From contig JAZDPW010000024.1 in assembly GCA_043797305.1 (NCBI GenBank), positions 16,650 to 80,649 on the forward strand: a stretch of 64,000 bases of DNA, given 5' to 3'. Origin of the DNA: Candidatus Jorgensenbacteria bacterium. GTDB taxonomy: Bacteria > Patescibacteriota > Minisyncoccia > UBA6257 > GWB1-50-10. The position numbers were made by a program, and so were the translations under genes. This document shows positions 19,192 through 27,061 of this stretch, piece after piece (positions within the stretch are counted from its first letter, which is position 1; each line of letters begins with the position of its first letter). The notes under the pieces are model-generated. The model had not been told where the DNA came from and did not search any database. It saw only the letters and a program-made list of their open reading frames with translations.

Positions 19192-20497
19192 TCGGTTTAT
19201 CCAAGTTTGGCAGATAACCCCACTTCCTCAGCAAATTTATTTCCCAAATATTCCTCAAACCTATGTCCTGCCGGTAAAACATGTGGGGAATTTGAATGTT
19301 TCTCACCCGGCGATAGGCGATTTTTCTCGCCTCCGGAATGTCTTTGCCGCTGCCGGTAGCAATCAAGTTCCAGCCCGATATACCAGCCACTCTCCATATG
19401 CCGTTGTCATTTCTCACGTCCCCGATGTGAACTCCCTCGCGGTCTTCTTTCTCGAAACGGATGGCGATGTCCCGGTAAGTTTCCGCCGTTTCCATGTCGT
19501 TGCCTTCGGAAAGAGCCGGCGGAGTGAAAATCACCACCCCGATCTGGAATCCTTCTTTGGTCCTGAGCGTAAAATTCCGGCCGCAAGCCAGGCGATAAAG
19601 CCAGTCGCCGGCATTGTCCAAAATTCCTTCAAGCTGAATCTGAATGGTCGGGTAACCGAACCGGGCGGTGAATTCCAGCGGGTAAATGTCGTTTTTGTTG
19701 ACGATGCAGTTCAAGTCGATGTAGCCGATGTACCCGGATTTCTGGAGAACGGGCGTCATTTTCTCCAGCGTACTTTCGAAAATCTTGTTCGAATTTTCCC
19801 AAAACATCATCGTCCCCGCTTCTCCTGTCATCGGGCCGAGGTTGCCGGTAAAAATTCTTTTGTGTTCGAAGTTAACGTTGATGGGGTGGATAAATTTTTC
19901 TCCGTTAAAGAAGGCGCCGACTGCGATTTCTATCCCAGCTACGAATTCCTGAATCAGGAACCTCGGAATTTTTTTGCGCAGCGTCTTTTTGTTGTGCCGC
20001 AAAAAATCCAGCAAATCGCTCGCGTCGTCTTCTTCGGAAATTATGACCAATCTTTTGTTGTACGATTGTTCTTTTCCGCTCGGCTTGAACACATAACGCC
20101 TGGGCGTCCTTTTGATGAAACTTATCGCCGCCTTGTAATCGTTGAATTCCCGGCTGGGAAGGGTATTGATGCCGAATTTTCGCAATTCGTCCTGTCCGAA
20201 CTCGCGCTTTATTTCCAGCTTGTCCGTATAGCGGCTGCCGCCGATTACGCGTTTGCCGGCTTTGCGCAGCGCTTGAGCCGATTCGCCGTAATTCGAGTCG
20301 TCGAAAATGATGACGTCCGCCCACGAAACGTGGTGACGCCAGTTCTTGACCTTCTCGAAAAAACCGTCGTAGACGTCTTTACTCTTCGGGTCCTTGAAAT
20401 AAAACTTCACCTCGTGGCCTTCTTCCACCAGTTTCAAGGCCAGGTCACCGCTCAAACTGTCCTTGGAAACAAACAGGAATTTTCTGCGTTTTTTCAT
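19175..20497 (-). CDS. ATP-grasp enzyme, PurD (phosphoribosylamine-glycine ligase)-like
   Basis: B-loop RYVFKPSGKEQSYNKRLV, LIQEFVAGIEIAVG (cf. PurD VIEEFLDGEE), YIDLNCIVNKNDIYPLEFTARFGYP (cf. LEFNCRFGDPE). 440 aa. Confidence 0.5.
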   Translation of the reverse strand: MKKRRKFLFVSKDSLSGDLALKLVEEGHEVKFYFKDPKSKDVYDGFFEKVKNWRHHVSWADVIIFDDSNYGESAQALRKAGKRVIGGSRYTDKLEIKREFGQDELRKFGINTLPSREFNDYKAAISFIKRTPRRYVFKPSGKEQSYNKRLVIISEEDDASDLLDFLRHNKKTLRKKIPRFLIQEFVAGIEIAVGAFFNGEKFIHPINVNFEHKRIFTGNLGPMTGEAGTMMFWENSNKIFESTLEKMTPVLQKSGYIGYIDLNCIVNKNDIYPLEFTARFGYPTIQIQLEGILDNAGDWLYRLACGRNFTLRTKEGFQIGVVIFTPPALSEGNDMETAETYRDIAIRFEKEDREGVHIGDVRNDNGIWRVAGISGWNLIATGSGKDIPEARKIAYRRVRNIQIPHMFYRQDIGLRNIWEINLLRKWGYLPNLDKPNEKLD

Positions 20498-20529
20498 TTC
20501 AAAACCTTAACATCCGGTTTTTATGAAAC

Positions 20530-21231
20530 TCACTCTCTTCTTATGATTAACTCTTCCTCGGAATTCTCCTTTTTAATATTCCCGATTACGGTCTCAGCCA
20601 CAAAATCGGGCTCCATATGCTTGTCGTAATCCGCCGGCTTCTGCTCGTCGAACAAACCGGTTTTCATCCCGCCCGGGTATATTGCCAACACTTTGATATT
20701 TTCCGGCTGCACCTCGAGACGAAGCGATTTCGTGAAACCGACGGCGGCATATTTGCTCGCGCAATAACCCGAAGAACCGGGACGGCCTTGAAGCGCACTC
20801 GTGGAAAGAATGTTTATTATCGTTCCGGATTGCTGCTTTTTCATCTGAATAAGAGCCGCTTTCGAGCCGTGTATCGTGCCGAACAAATTAACCTCTATCA
20901 TGTCGTGCACTCTCTTTAAATCCATCTTTTCTACGGGGGCGTGAGGAATCCAAATCCCGGCGTTGTTGATCCAAACGTCAATGCGGCCGAATTTCTGAAT
21001 GGTAAAATTCGCCAATTTGTTTATTTCGTTCTCTTCCGTTACGTCGGCGGTGAAAAAATCTGCTTTCAATTCCCGGCCCAATTCTTCCAGTCCTTCGCCT
21101 GACCGCGAACTTAAAATCAGTCGTGCGCCCTCTTTGGTAAAAGCAAAAGCCAGCGCCCTGCCCAAGCCGCGACTTGCACCGGTGATTACGACAACTTTGC
21201 CTTTAATGGTCATTTCTGTTTTCTCTACCAT
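20530..21231 (-). CDS. SDR family short-chain dehydrogenase/reductase
   Basis: N-terminal VVVITGASRGLGRALA (TGxxxGxG), NNAG, and YxxxK (YCASKYA). Confidence 0.85.
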   Translation of the reverse strand: MVEKTEMTIKGKVVVITGASRGLGRALAFAFTKEGARLILSSRSGEGLEELGRELKADFFTADVTEENEINKLANFTIQKFGRIDVWINNAGIWIPHAPVEKMDLKRVHDMIEVNLFGTIHGSKAALIQMKKQQSGTIINILSTSALQGRPGSSGYCASKYAAVGFTKSLRLEVQPENIKVLAIYPGGMKTGLFDEQKPADYDKHMEPDFVAETVIGNIKKENSEEELIIRRE

Positions 21232-21351
21232 CTCCGCTCCCGGTTACGATAACCGTTTTGTTCTTCAGGTTCATGATACATATATATTATCACTTTCTTG
21301 ATGAAGATTTAATAGATTTTTATCCAAAAACTGGCGGGATCTGTACGCCTC

Positions 21352-21381
21352 AAAAATTATGTCCATATGGACATAATTTTT
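21352..21381. repeat. 30-bp perfect palindrome AAAAATTATGTCCATATGGACATAATTTTT at the left edge of the GC-rich island
   Basis: Read directly. Centred on CATATG. Confidence 0.9.
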
Positions 21382-21393
21382 GAGGACACGGAG

Positions 21394-21438
21394 TTTTTAA
21401 AAACAGATGCGGGGGCCGATGATTCATCGGTCCCCCGC
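21394..21438 (-). terminator. rho-independent terminator of gene 21480..21920
   Basis: Minus strand: GCGGGGGACCGATGA-ATCA-TCGGCCCCCGC followed by ATCTGTTTTTAAAAA. Confidence 0.65.
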
Positions 21439-21479
21439 CTGCTCCCGCTCTTGTTGTCCCGGGAAAGCGGAATCCGGGG

Positions 21480-21920
21480 TCAGGTCGCGCCGACCGGTCG
21501 GCCGGCGGGAACGCCGCGCATCGCCTCCTTCTCGACGACCTCCGTGCCACGGTAGGCGCGGATCATCATGATGATGGCGAGAATCAATGCCGCGATCTCC
21601 GTCTTGTAGAGAAACGGCGCGCAGAGGTTCTCCGGCACCTGATACGTCTCGCCCGCGTGGACGACGATGTCCATGTCGCTCGGACCCTTGAGCCACCGAC
21701 TCGGGTCACTGAGCGCCTTGTTGCCCCTCACCATCGGCCACCGGTACCAGCGGCCCCGACTCAGCCAGCCAGAGACACCGGAACCCGCACAGAGGGCGTT
21801 GGTAGCTGACGCCAAGCTCTCGCCTTCCTTGAAGGTATGAGTCAGCGGCAGGTTGTACCTCGACCCGGTGGCTGCGACGAGAGCGAGCGCGAGTAAAACG
21901 AGAAACCAGTCCGTCTTCAC
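21480..21920 (-). CDS. secreted/membrane-anchored hypothetical protein (GC-rich island)
   Basis: GTG start with AAGGAGG 4 nt upstream. Signal peptide VKTDWFLVLLALALVAATG and a C-terminal hydrophobic segment. High GC3. Confidence 0.55.
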   Translation of the reverse strand: MKTDWFLVLLALALVAATGSRYNLPLTHTFKEGESLASATNALCAGSGVSGWLSRGRWYRWPMVRGNKALSDPSRWLKGPSDMDIVVHAGETYQVPENLCAPFLYKTEIAALILAIIMMIRAYRGTEVVEKEAMRGVPAGRPVGAT

Positions 21921-21954
21921 TGTGCCTCCTTGGGTCAGAGTTGGACTTGTGCTG

Positions 21955-22034
21955 TCCTTAGAATGAAAAAATTTGAACAACCTGTCAAGTTTTTAAAATG
22001 GAAGCGGGGAACCGATGTTGAGTCGGCTCCCCGC
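21955..22034 (-). promoter_or_regulatory. intergenic cassette: terminator hairpin of the LysM gene, then a TTGACA -35 and a conserved CAAATTTTTTCATTCTA block upstream of gene 21480..21920
   Basis: Minus strand: GCGGGGAGCCGAC...TCGGTTCCCCGC, then TTCCATTTTAAAAAC, then TTGACA-17nt-CATTCT, then AAGGAGG-4nt-GTG. Confidence 0.5.
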
Positions 22035-22080
22035 TTTTGCTTCCGCTTGTGCTTTCCGCCTTAGTAGGCGGGTTCCCTTG

Positions 22081-23448
22081 TTAGGAGGCCGCAGGCGTCT
22101 CCACGGTCTCGGGCTCCGGCGCGGACTGGATGTCCGGCTCGGGCTCGGCGACGGGCTCGTCGACCCCTGCGAGGGTCGCGCGCCCGCTGAAACCGAGGAA
22201 GTTCGCGCCGGGCTCGACGGGCGCCTTGGTCTCGATGACGACATAATCGCCCTCGATGACCGGCTCGTCATCGAGGAACCCGATGACGCGGTTGCCGACT
22301 GCCCGCACGGTGACCCGCCGGCTCGCCTGCCGCCGCGCCCGCTCGGCCTGCTCGACGGCCTCCCAGTCGGGGGCCGAGTGGATAGCGGCGTACTCGAACG
22401 GCTCAATGAGCGCGCCCTCGATCCAGTTCCGCCGGTACTGGATCACGTTCGCGCAGAACCCGAGCACGCAGACACCCTTGAACTCGTCCACGATCTCGTC
22501 GCCCCGACGGACGACGACGTCCAGGATCCATCCCGGCTCGCGCACGAGGACGACCTCGCGACGCGTGTCGTCACCGTAGGTCACCTCGAAGGTCCGACCG
22601 GGGCGCGACGAGATGAGGACGCGCCGTTCGTTCTGGCGCTCGAAGGTGAGATCGAACATGTCCGCGCCCTGGTGAAGACGCTGGTAGGCGGCCTGTGCCG
22701 CGTCGTCGAGAATCTCTTCTCGATTCGCCTCGGTCACACCCTCGAACTGAGAGGGTGGACCAGCCATGACACCGTCCTCAACCCCATCGGGCAGCGGCGG
22801 CATGTGGCCTCGCATGATCACGAAGTCGGCCCGGCGCTGCTCGGCCAGGCGACGCTCGTGTGAGACTCGCTCATTGTCGAGCAGCTCGTCCATGTTCCTC
22901 AGCTCCGATCGGAGAGACTTGATGGTCTCCTCGAGTCTCGCGACGACCCTCCTGAAACGCCGATTGTCGGCGAAGAAGCAGACGACCGCCACGAGGGCGA
23001 TGACGAGGAGTGCCCACACCCACCAGGGGCCGAGAGAGGACGCTTCCTCTGCGCCGGCGACCGAACCGGCGGCGACGGGTACCGGCGCTTCCGAGGCCGG
23101 TACGACCACTGAGCTTGCACCCTGACATCCCACCGTGGGGATGGCGAGGTGCTCGCCCGGGAAGACCAGCACGATCTGCCGCCCGTTACGAACGGACAGC
23201 CGACCCTGCTCCTCGAGGTAGGGATTGAAACCGTAGATCTCCTCCCAGCGAAGCGCGTCACCGCACTTCTCGTAGGCGAGGTCCCAGAGGGTCGAACCCT
23301 TCACAACCACGAACTCCTCCGTGGTCACGACGACCTGCTGTGTCGGCGGCACTGCCTCATACTGGCGCAGAGCGGCCCCTCCGAAGATAAGCGGCGCTGG
23401 GATCAGACAGCCGAGGACGAAGAGCACCTTCTTGAGGAACTTCTTCAC
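22081..23448 (-). CDS. LysM domain-containing membrane protein
   Basis: GTG start with GGAGGTG upstream. Signal peptide, then LysM domain (GSTLWDLAYEKCGDALRWEEIYGFNPYL...QIVLVFPGEHLAIP), a TM helix (WWVWALLVIALVAVVCFF) and a charged coiled-coil-like segment. The plus-strand ORF 22015..22863 is its antisense shadow (GC3 supports the minus strand). Confidence 0.7.
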   Translation of the reverse strand: MKKFLKKVLFVLGCLIPAPLIFGGAALRQYEAVPPTQQVVVTTEEFVVVKGSTLWDLAYEKCGDALRWEEIYGFNPYLEEQGRLSVRNGRQIVLVFPGEHLAIPTVGCQGASSVVVPASEAPVPVAAGSVAGAEEASSLGPWWVWALLVIALVAVVCFFADNRRFRRVVARLEETIKSLRSELRNMDELLDNERVSHERRLAEQRRADFVIMRGHMPPLPDGVEDGVMAGPPSQFEGVTEANREEILDDAAQAAYQRLHQGADMFDLTFERQNERRVLISSRPGRTFEVTYGDDTRREVVLVREPGWILDVVVRRGDEIVDEFKGVCVLGFCANVIQYRRNWIEGALIEPFEYAAIHSAPDWEAVEQAERARRQASRRVTVRAVGNRVIGFLDDEPVIEGDYVVIETKAPVEPGANFLGFSGRATLAGVDEPVAEPEPDIQSAPEPETVETPAAS

Positions 23449-23507
23449 GTTCCACCTCCATATGAAATTGTGAGGTACAGAAAAACGGCTTTCACCGTTA
23501 CCTTATT

Positions 23508-23585
23508 ATTATAATTTATATTTTTGAAAATGTCAAGCTAAATTAAAAAAGAAGCGGGGGCGCGGTGTGGAAACGCACGCCCCCA
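23508..23585 (-). promoter_or_regulatory. intergenic cassette: rho-independent terminator followed by a consensus sigma70 promoter TTGACA-17-TATAAT for the LysM gene
   Basis: Minus strand: GGGGGCGTGCG...CGCGCCCCC then GCTTCTTTTTT, then TTGACA(23536..23531)-ttttcaaaaatataaat-TATAAT(23513..23508), then GGAGGTGG upstream of the GTG. Confidence 0.7.
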
Positions 23586-23604
23586 TTGCTCTTCTGCGAC
23601 CGGC

Positions 23605-23778
23605 TCACGAGATGTCCTCTCTTGCTCGCTCCTCGCGACCAATCGCCTTGAATTCCTTGACGATTGCGGGAAGGAGGAAAATCAGGAGGACAACCTTCGC
23701 TAATCGCGAAGGAATCGAAACGCAGGCGAAGAAGCCTAGCGCCACGAGAACCTCCGCGACAACTGAATTGAGCTTCAT
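23605..23778 (-). CDS. small membrane protein (57 aa)
   Basis: ATG with GAGGAGG 5 nt upstream: MKLNSVVAEVLVALGFFACV...LLIFLLPAIV. Flanked by a terminator hairpin downstream and a promoter upstream. Confidence 0.5.
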   Translation of the reverse strand: MKLNSVVAEVLVALGFFACVSIPSRLAKVVLLIFLLPAIVKEFKAIGREERAREDIS

Positions 23779-23807
23779 AACCGCCTCCTCGGGGCAAGGG
23801 TTGCTAT

Positions 23808-23885
23808 CTATAGAATGAAAAAATTGACGCGACTTGTCAAATAAAAACGAAGGAGGGGCGCGGTGCTTCCGCACTCACGCCCCTC
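23808..23885 (-). promoter_or_regulatory. intergenic cassette: terminator hairpin followed by TTGACA -35 and the same conserved CAATTTTTTCATTCTA block as at 21955..21995
   Basis: Minus strand: GAGGGGCGTGAGTGCGGAAGCACCGCGCCCCTC then CTTCGTTTTTAT, then TTGACA-17nt-CATTCT, then GAGGAGG-5nt-ATG of the 57-aa gene. Confidence 0.55.
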
Positions 23886-23910
23886 TTGCTTATTCCTCGA
23901 CGGCTTGCCG

Positions 23911-24636
23911 CTACGAACTGCGGCGGCAGTCGACGTACTCGGCCGGGTCGAGGCCGAGCTCAACGAGATCGAGTCCCCGCCGGCAGGCCTTGAAGGCGAT
24001 CAGGTCGACCACTTCTTCGGCGCCGCTGACCTCGAGAAGCTGCAGGCGGACGTCGTTCAGGACAGCCCGCTTGAACTCCGCGGACGTCGTGCCGATCGCT
24101 CCCAACTTGCCGTCTCCGTCGCTCCGGAAGAAGATGGAAACGCTGTTGGACTCGAAGACGTTGCCGGGTGGGTTCAGGAGGTAAGCGATCTCCTCAACGA
24201 CATCGAAGGGGTCGTCGAGATAGACGAGTTCCAACCCTCCGTCGGCGAGCGCATGCCAGTGGCACGGTTCGGCCTTGAGCCGGACCAGCCGCGGCATGGA
24301 GAGAACAGCGAGGAACCTCTTCGCGAGTTCCCGCCGCTCGACCTCCGCGAGCGCTTCGGAAACCGTCGGTCTCTGCGCCGGCGGAGTCCGACTCTCCTCG
24401 ATGAGCTGGTTGGTCGACTCGACTATCCGGTCGAGGCGAACCCGCTCGCGGCAGATATCCACGAACTGCCGCTCATAGTCGGAGGGCGGAGTCGCGTAGA
24501 CGGTCTCGATCTCATCACCTACTCTCGGCGTCAGCGTCCTGCCGACCGCGATGTAGATCATGATCATGAGAGATAGCGCGCCGAGTGTTGCGGCGGCGGG
24601 CTTGAGCCACACCGGGAGCCTCTTCATGGTACCCAT
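23911..24636 (-). CDS. membrane-anchored hypothetical protein
   Basis: N-terminal anchor MGTMKRLPVWLKPAAATLGALSLMIMIYIAV. High GC3 on the minus frame. The plus-strand ORFs 23834..24184 and 23863..24576 are judged antisense shadows. Confidence 0.55.
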   Translation of the reverse strand: MGTMKRLPVWLKPAAATLGALSLMIMIYIAVGRTLTPRVGDEIETVYATPPSDYERQFVDICRERVRLDRIVESTNQLIEESRTPPAQRPTVSEALAEVERRELAKRFLAVLSMPRLVRLKAEPCHWHALADGGLELVYLDDPFDVVEEIAYLLNPPGNVFESNSVSIFFRSDGDGKLGAIGTTSAEFKRAVLNDVRLQLLEVSGAEEVVDLIAFKACRRGLDLVELGLDPAEYVDCRRSS

Positions 24637-24816
24637 TCCTTTCGGTTCGGTAGAACCGCGTTGGGGAGGTATGACAATAACGCTCGCATTACACTAAACG
24701 TCTTTCACGTTTCTGTCAAGGTATTTTCCGGGTTGTGCTTGACAAATCCCCCTCTTTGGCTAACCTTACTGAACGGATTTAAGAACCCGTGAGAAAGGTC
24801 AAAAAACAACAAGCAA

Positions 24817-25008
24817 ATGGCGTTTCAGGATAACGACGGCGGCGGTTTTCAGCGGAAAATGTACCAAGGAAACTGGGTTTGCTCAAAATGCGGCAAGGAA
24901 ATCACCGAGCTGCCCTTTGAGCCCGACCCGAATCGGGCCAACCAGTTAAAGTGCAAGGACTGCTTCAAGGAAAATCTTCCTCCGAGAAGAAATTTCGGTC
25001 GCTACTAA
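24817..25008 (+). CDS. small zinc-ribbon protein (CxxC...CxxC)
   Basis: 63 aa with WVCSKCGKE...LKCKDCF. Followed immediately by a canonical hairpin+T-run terminator. Confidence 0.55.
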   Translation: MAFQDNDGGGFQRKMYQGNWVCSKCGKEITELPFEPDPNRANQLKCKDCFKENLPPRRNFGRY

Positions 25009-25020
25009 ACCGAAAAAACA

Positions 25021-25047
25021 AAAACCGCCTCTACGGCGGTTTTTGTT
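25021..25047 (+). terminator. rho-independent terminator of the zinc-ribbon gene
   Basis: AACCGCC-TCTAC-GGCGGTT followed by TTTTTG. Confidence 0.8.
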
Positions 25048-25060
25048 AAGTGTGTAAAAA

Positions 25061-25110
25061 GTGAGGAGCCCGGGCGCAGTGTGCGTCCGGGCTCTCCTCG
25101 CTTGAAAACA
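25061..25110 (-). terminator. rho-independent terminator of gene 25127..25606
   Basis: Minus strand: GAGGAGAGCCCGG...CCGGGCTCCTC followed by ACTTTTTACACAC. Confidence 0.55.
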
Positions 25111-25126
25111 CCCTCGCTCGGATCAC

Positions 25127-25606
25127 CTACACCCGGTCGAGAAATCTGCTCTCGTCGCCGATAGGAAGCCGAGTCTGAGTCGGCTGTCCCATCAGCTCCG
25201 CGAGCATCTTCTCCGCCCTGTCCGAGAAGGGCGGAACGTTGTCCCGGACATCCTTGAGCGTCCGGACGGTGAGGCATCCCCGCTCTCCGAGGAAGTCCCA
25301 GATCTCGCTCTGAAATTCGGCGAGATCCGACTCCACTTCGCAGGCCTTCTTGAGAACGGCGACAAGCTCGTCGTCGCTCGGCCGAGACCCGACGTCGCTG
25401 AACTTCGCCCGGAGGTTTTGCCAACGAGCGGAGAATTCTCTCCTCACGCTCGTTTCCGAATCGTTCGAAGTTGTCGGCTTAAGCGTCCCTCCTTTGGGGC
25501 TGCCGGGGTTGCGAAGAATCGATTCTTCGTTGGAAACGACGCTCTTGTTTAAAACGCCGCTTCCATGGTGCTTATTCAGCGTAGCATAAAACCACCATAA
25601 TGTCAA
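25127..25606 (-). CDS. hypothetical protein (GC-rich), start uncertain
   Basis: ORF of 159 aa. A TTGACA-17-TACGCT promoter-like sequence overlaps its 5' end, so the true start is probably internal. Downstream hairpin+T-run terminator. Confidence 0.35.
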   Translation of the reverse strand: MTLWWFYATLNKHHGSGVLNKSVVSNEESILRNPGSPKGGTLKPTTSNDSETSVRREFSARWQNLRAKFSDVGSRPSDDELVAVLKKACEVESDLAEFQSEIWDFLGERGCLTVRTLKDVRDNVPPFSDRAEKMLAELMGQPTQTRLPIGDESRFLDRV

Positions 25607-25611
25607 ACCAC

Positions 25612-25648
25612 CAAAAACAATCCCGCCCCGACTTTTAGTCGGGGCGGG
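25612..25648 (-). terminator. rho-independent terminator of the DUF378 gene
   Basis: Minus strand: CCCGCCCCGAC-TAAAA-GTCGGGGCGGG followed by ATTGTTTTT. Confidence 0.7.
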
Positions 25649-25675
25649 TTCTGTTCCGGAAAATTGTCCGGTTTA

Positions 25676-25885
25676 TTACATTGATGCGCCTCCCTTCGTG
25701 CAGCACTTGCAGTTCCCGCTGTGGGTAAAAATCTCGTAAAGAGCGGAAAGACCGACCAAGACGTAGACAACGGTCGCTACCGTGTCGCCCAAATACGCCA
25801 CAACGTTCCAGCCGAAAGCGGTCAAAAGCCAGTTCAAACCACCGATGACAAGAAGAACGAAGGCGATTTTGTGTAAAACCTTCAT
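25676..25885 (-). CDS. DUF378 family small membrane protein
   Basis: 69 aa, IAFVLLVIGGLNWLLTAFGWN...YVLVGLSALYEI matches the DUF378 pattern (GGLNWGL...LVGLSALY). Confidence 0.65.
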   Translation of the reverse strand: MKVLHKIAFVLLVIGGLNWLLTAFGWNVVAYLGDTVATVVYVLVGLSALYEIFTHSGNCKCCTKGGASM

Positions 25886-25980
25886 ATTACTAGTTGTTGA
25901 TTACTAGTTGATTTATAGTACCGACCTTTAATGTTTTCATTATTATAGCATAAAGCACTAAAAACCCTTTAAAAACGACA

Positions 25981-26014
25981 GAGCTCCGGGGACCCAATAG
26001 GATTCCCGGAGCTC
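25981..26014 (-). terminator. rho-independent terminator of the ParB-like gene
   Basis: Minus strand: GAGCTCCGGG-loop-CCCGGAGCTC (10-bp stem) followed by TGTCGTTTTT. Confidence 0.65.
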
Positions 26015-26048
26015 GTGCTTTCCGAAGTTAACAAGCGGATTGGTAGAC

Positions 26049-26975
26049 CTAGACATTCAGGCGCTCAAGGTACTCAAGAAACTGTCCAAGCCCGCTCAAG
26101 CATTCCCGAATCTGGCCAACCATTGCATCCCTGTCCTGAGGACTGCGATTCTCGAACATCCGGTCGAAGTTCCCTGCCGGCATATCGAGAATGGCGTCAG
26201 TGCTCTCACCGAGGCGCCGGAGGAAACTGCTCAGATTACGGTAGTCATCCGAGGGCTTCCTCACTCTGCCCTTACCAGCCGATTCCCCGGCTTCCTCGGC
26301 CACCCGCCTTGCATAAACGCGGGCTTGGTTCAGCCTCATCCCTTTCTCGACGATGTGCCGGGCAATCTTCAGTTGAAGCTCGGGAGAAAGGCTGGATAAA
26401 AAAATCGCGACAGAGAAGACGAGTCTCTTTTCTCCATTGTTGGTCGGCCCCATGAGAATCTGAACTTCCGGATGAAGCTTCAGAAGACCGAGGTGTTGGT
26501 AAATCCAGGGAATCGACCGGGCGAACATGTTGGCCACTCTCTCAACCTGCCGCGTTCTTGGGATACCCGCCACCAACCGACCTTTCAGAATCCGGTCGAT
26601 GGCATGGGCAACCTCAAGCGATGTGTGCGGCTGATGAGCCATGTTGGAAACAACCGAATGGACGAACTGCTCGTCTTCGTCTTCCGGGTCTCCGATTATC
26701 GCCTTAATCTCCTCTCGACCCATTCGGACATGACAGATCCAGCGACGCTCGCCATCGATGAGCTCGTAGTCGTGCTCGGGATCACCCTCGATGGGCATCA
26801 CCTCGACCGGTCTTCTCAGACCGACTTCCTTAATGCTTGCCTTCAACTCGCCGAGAGCAACCTCGTCGAAATGGATCCGGGGCTGACCCTTGAAGGGTCT
26901 GATCCGCTTTGTCCGTAAGAAGAGGTAGCCCATCTCTCTTCTTGTTTTGGCTTTCGCCAACGCAGTGTCGGACAT
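26049..26975 (-). CDS. ParB/Srx N-terminal domain protein (ParB-like nuclease/partition-like)
   Basis: N-terminal ParB-like domain with ELIDGERRW (ParB GERRxRA-type motif). 308 aa. Strong AGGAAGGAGG SD. Downstream 10-bp-stem terminator. Confidence 0.55.
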   Translation of the reverse strand: MSDTALAKAKTRREMGYLFLRTKRIRPFKGQPRIHFDEVALGELKASIKEVGLRRPVEVMPIEGDPEHDYELIDGERRWICHVRMGREEIKAIIGDPEDEDEQFVHSVVSNMAHQPHTSLEVAHAIDRILKGRLVAGIPRTRQVERVANMFARSIPWIYQHLGLLKLHPEVQILMGPTNNGEKRLVFSVAIFLSSLSPELQLKIARHIVEKGMRLNQARVYARRVAEEAGESAGKGRVRKPSDDYRNLSSFLRRLGESTDAILDMPAGNFDRMFENRSPQDRDAMVGQIRECLSGLGQFLEYLERLNV

Positions 26976-27061
26976 GGGTCTACCTCCTTCCTAATAAGAT
27001 TATTGTACCGGGAACTGAAATAAAAATAGCATCTCCTGCCAAGAAACGGAAGTCGCTTCCA

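Noticed and set aside
19283-20629. 448-aa plus-strand ORF opposite the PurD-like gene and SDR 3' end
   Set aside because: Antisense shadow. The minus-strand genes carry ATP-grasp and SDR motifs.
22015-22863. 282-aa plus-strand ORF in the GC-rich island (also 23834..24184, 23863..24576, 22256..22579 and others)
   Set aside because: These are shadows of the minus-strand LysM and membrane-protein genes. High GC removes stop codons in all frames. The minus frames have G/C-rich third positions, signal peptides, a LysM domain and proper SD/terminators. The plus ORFs give low-complexity Arg/Leu/Gly-rich sequence.
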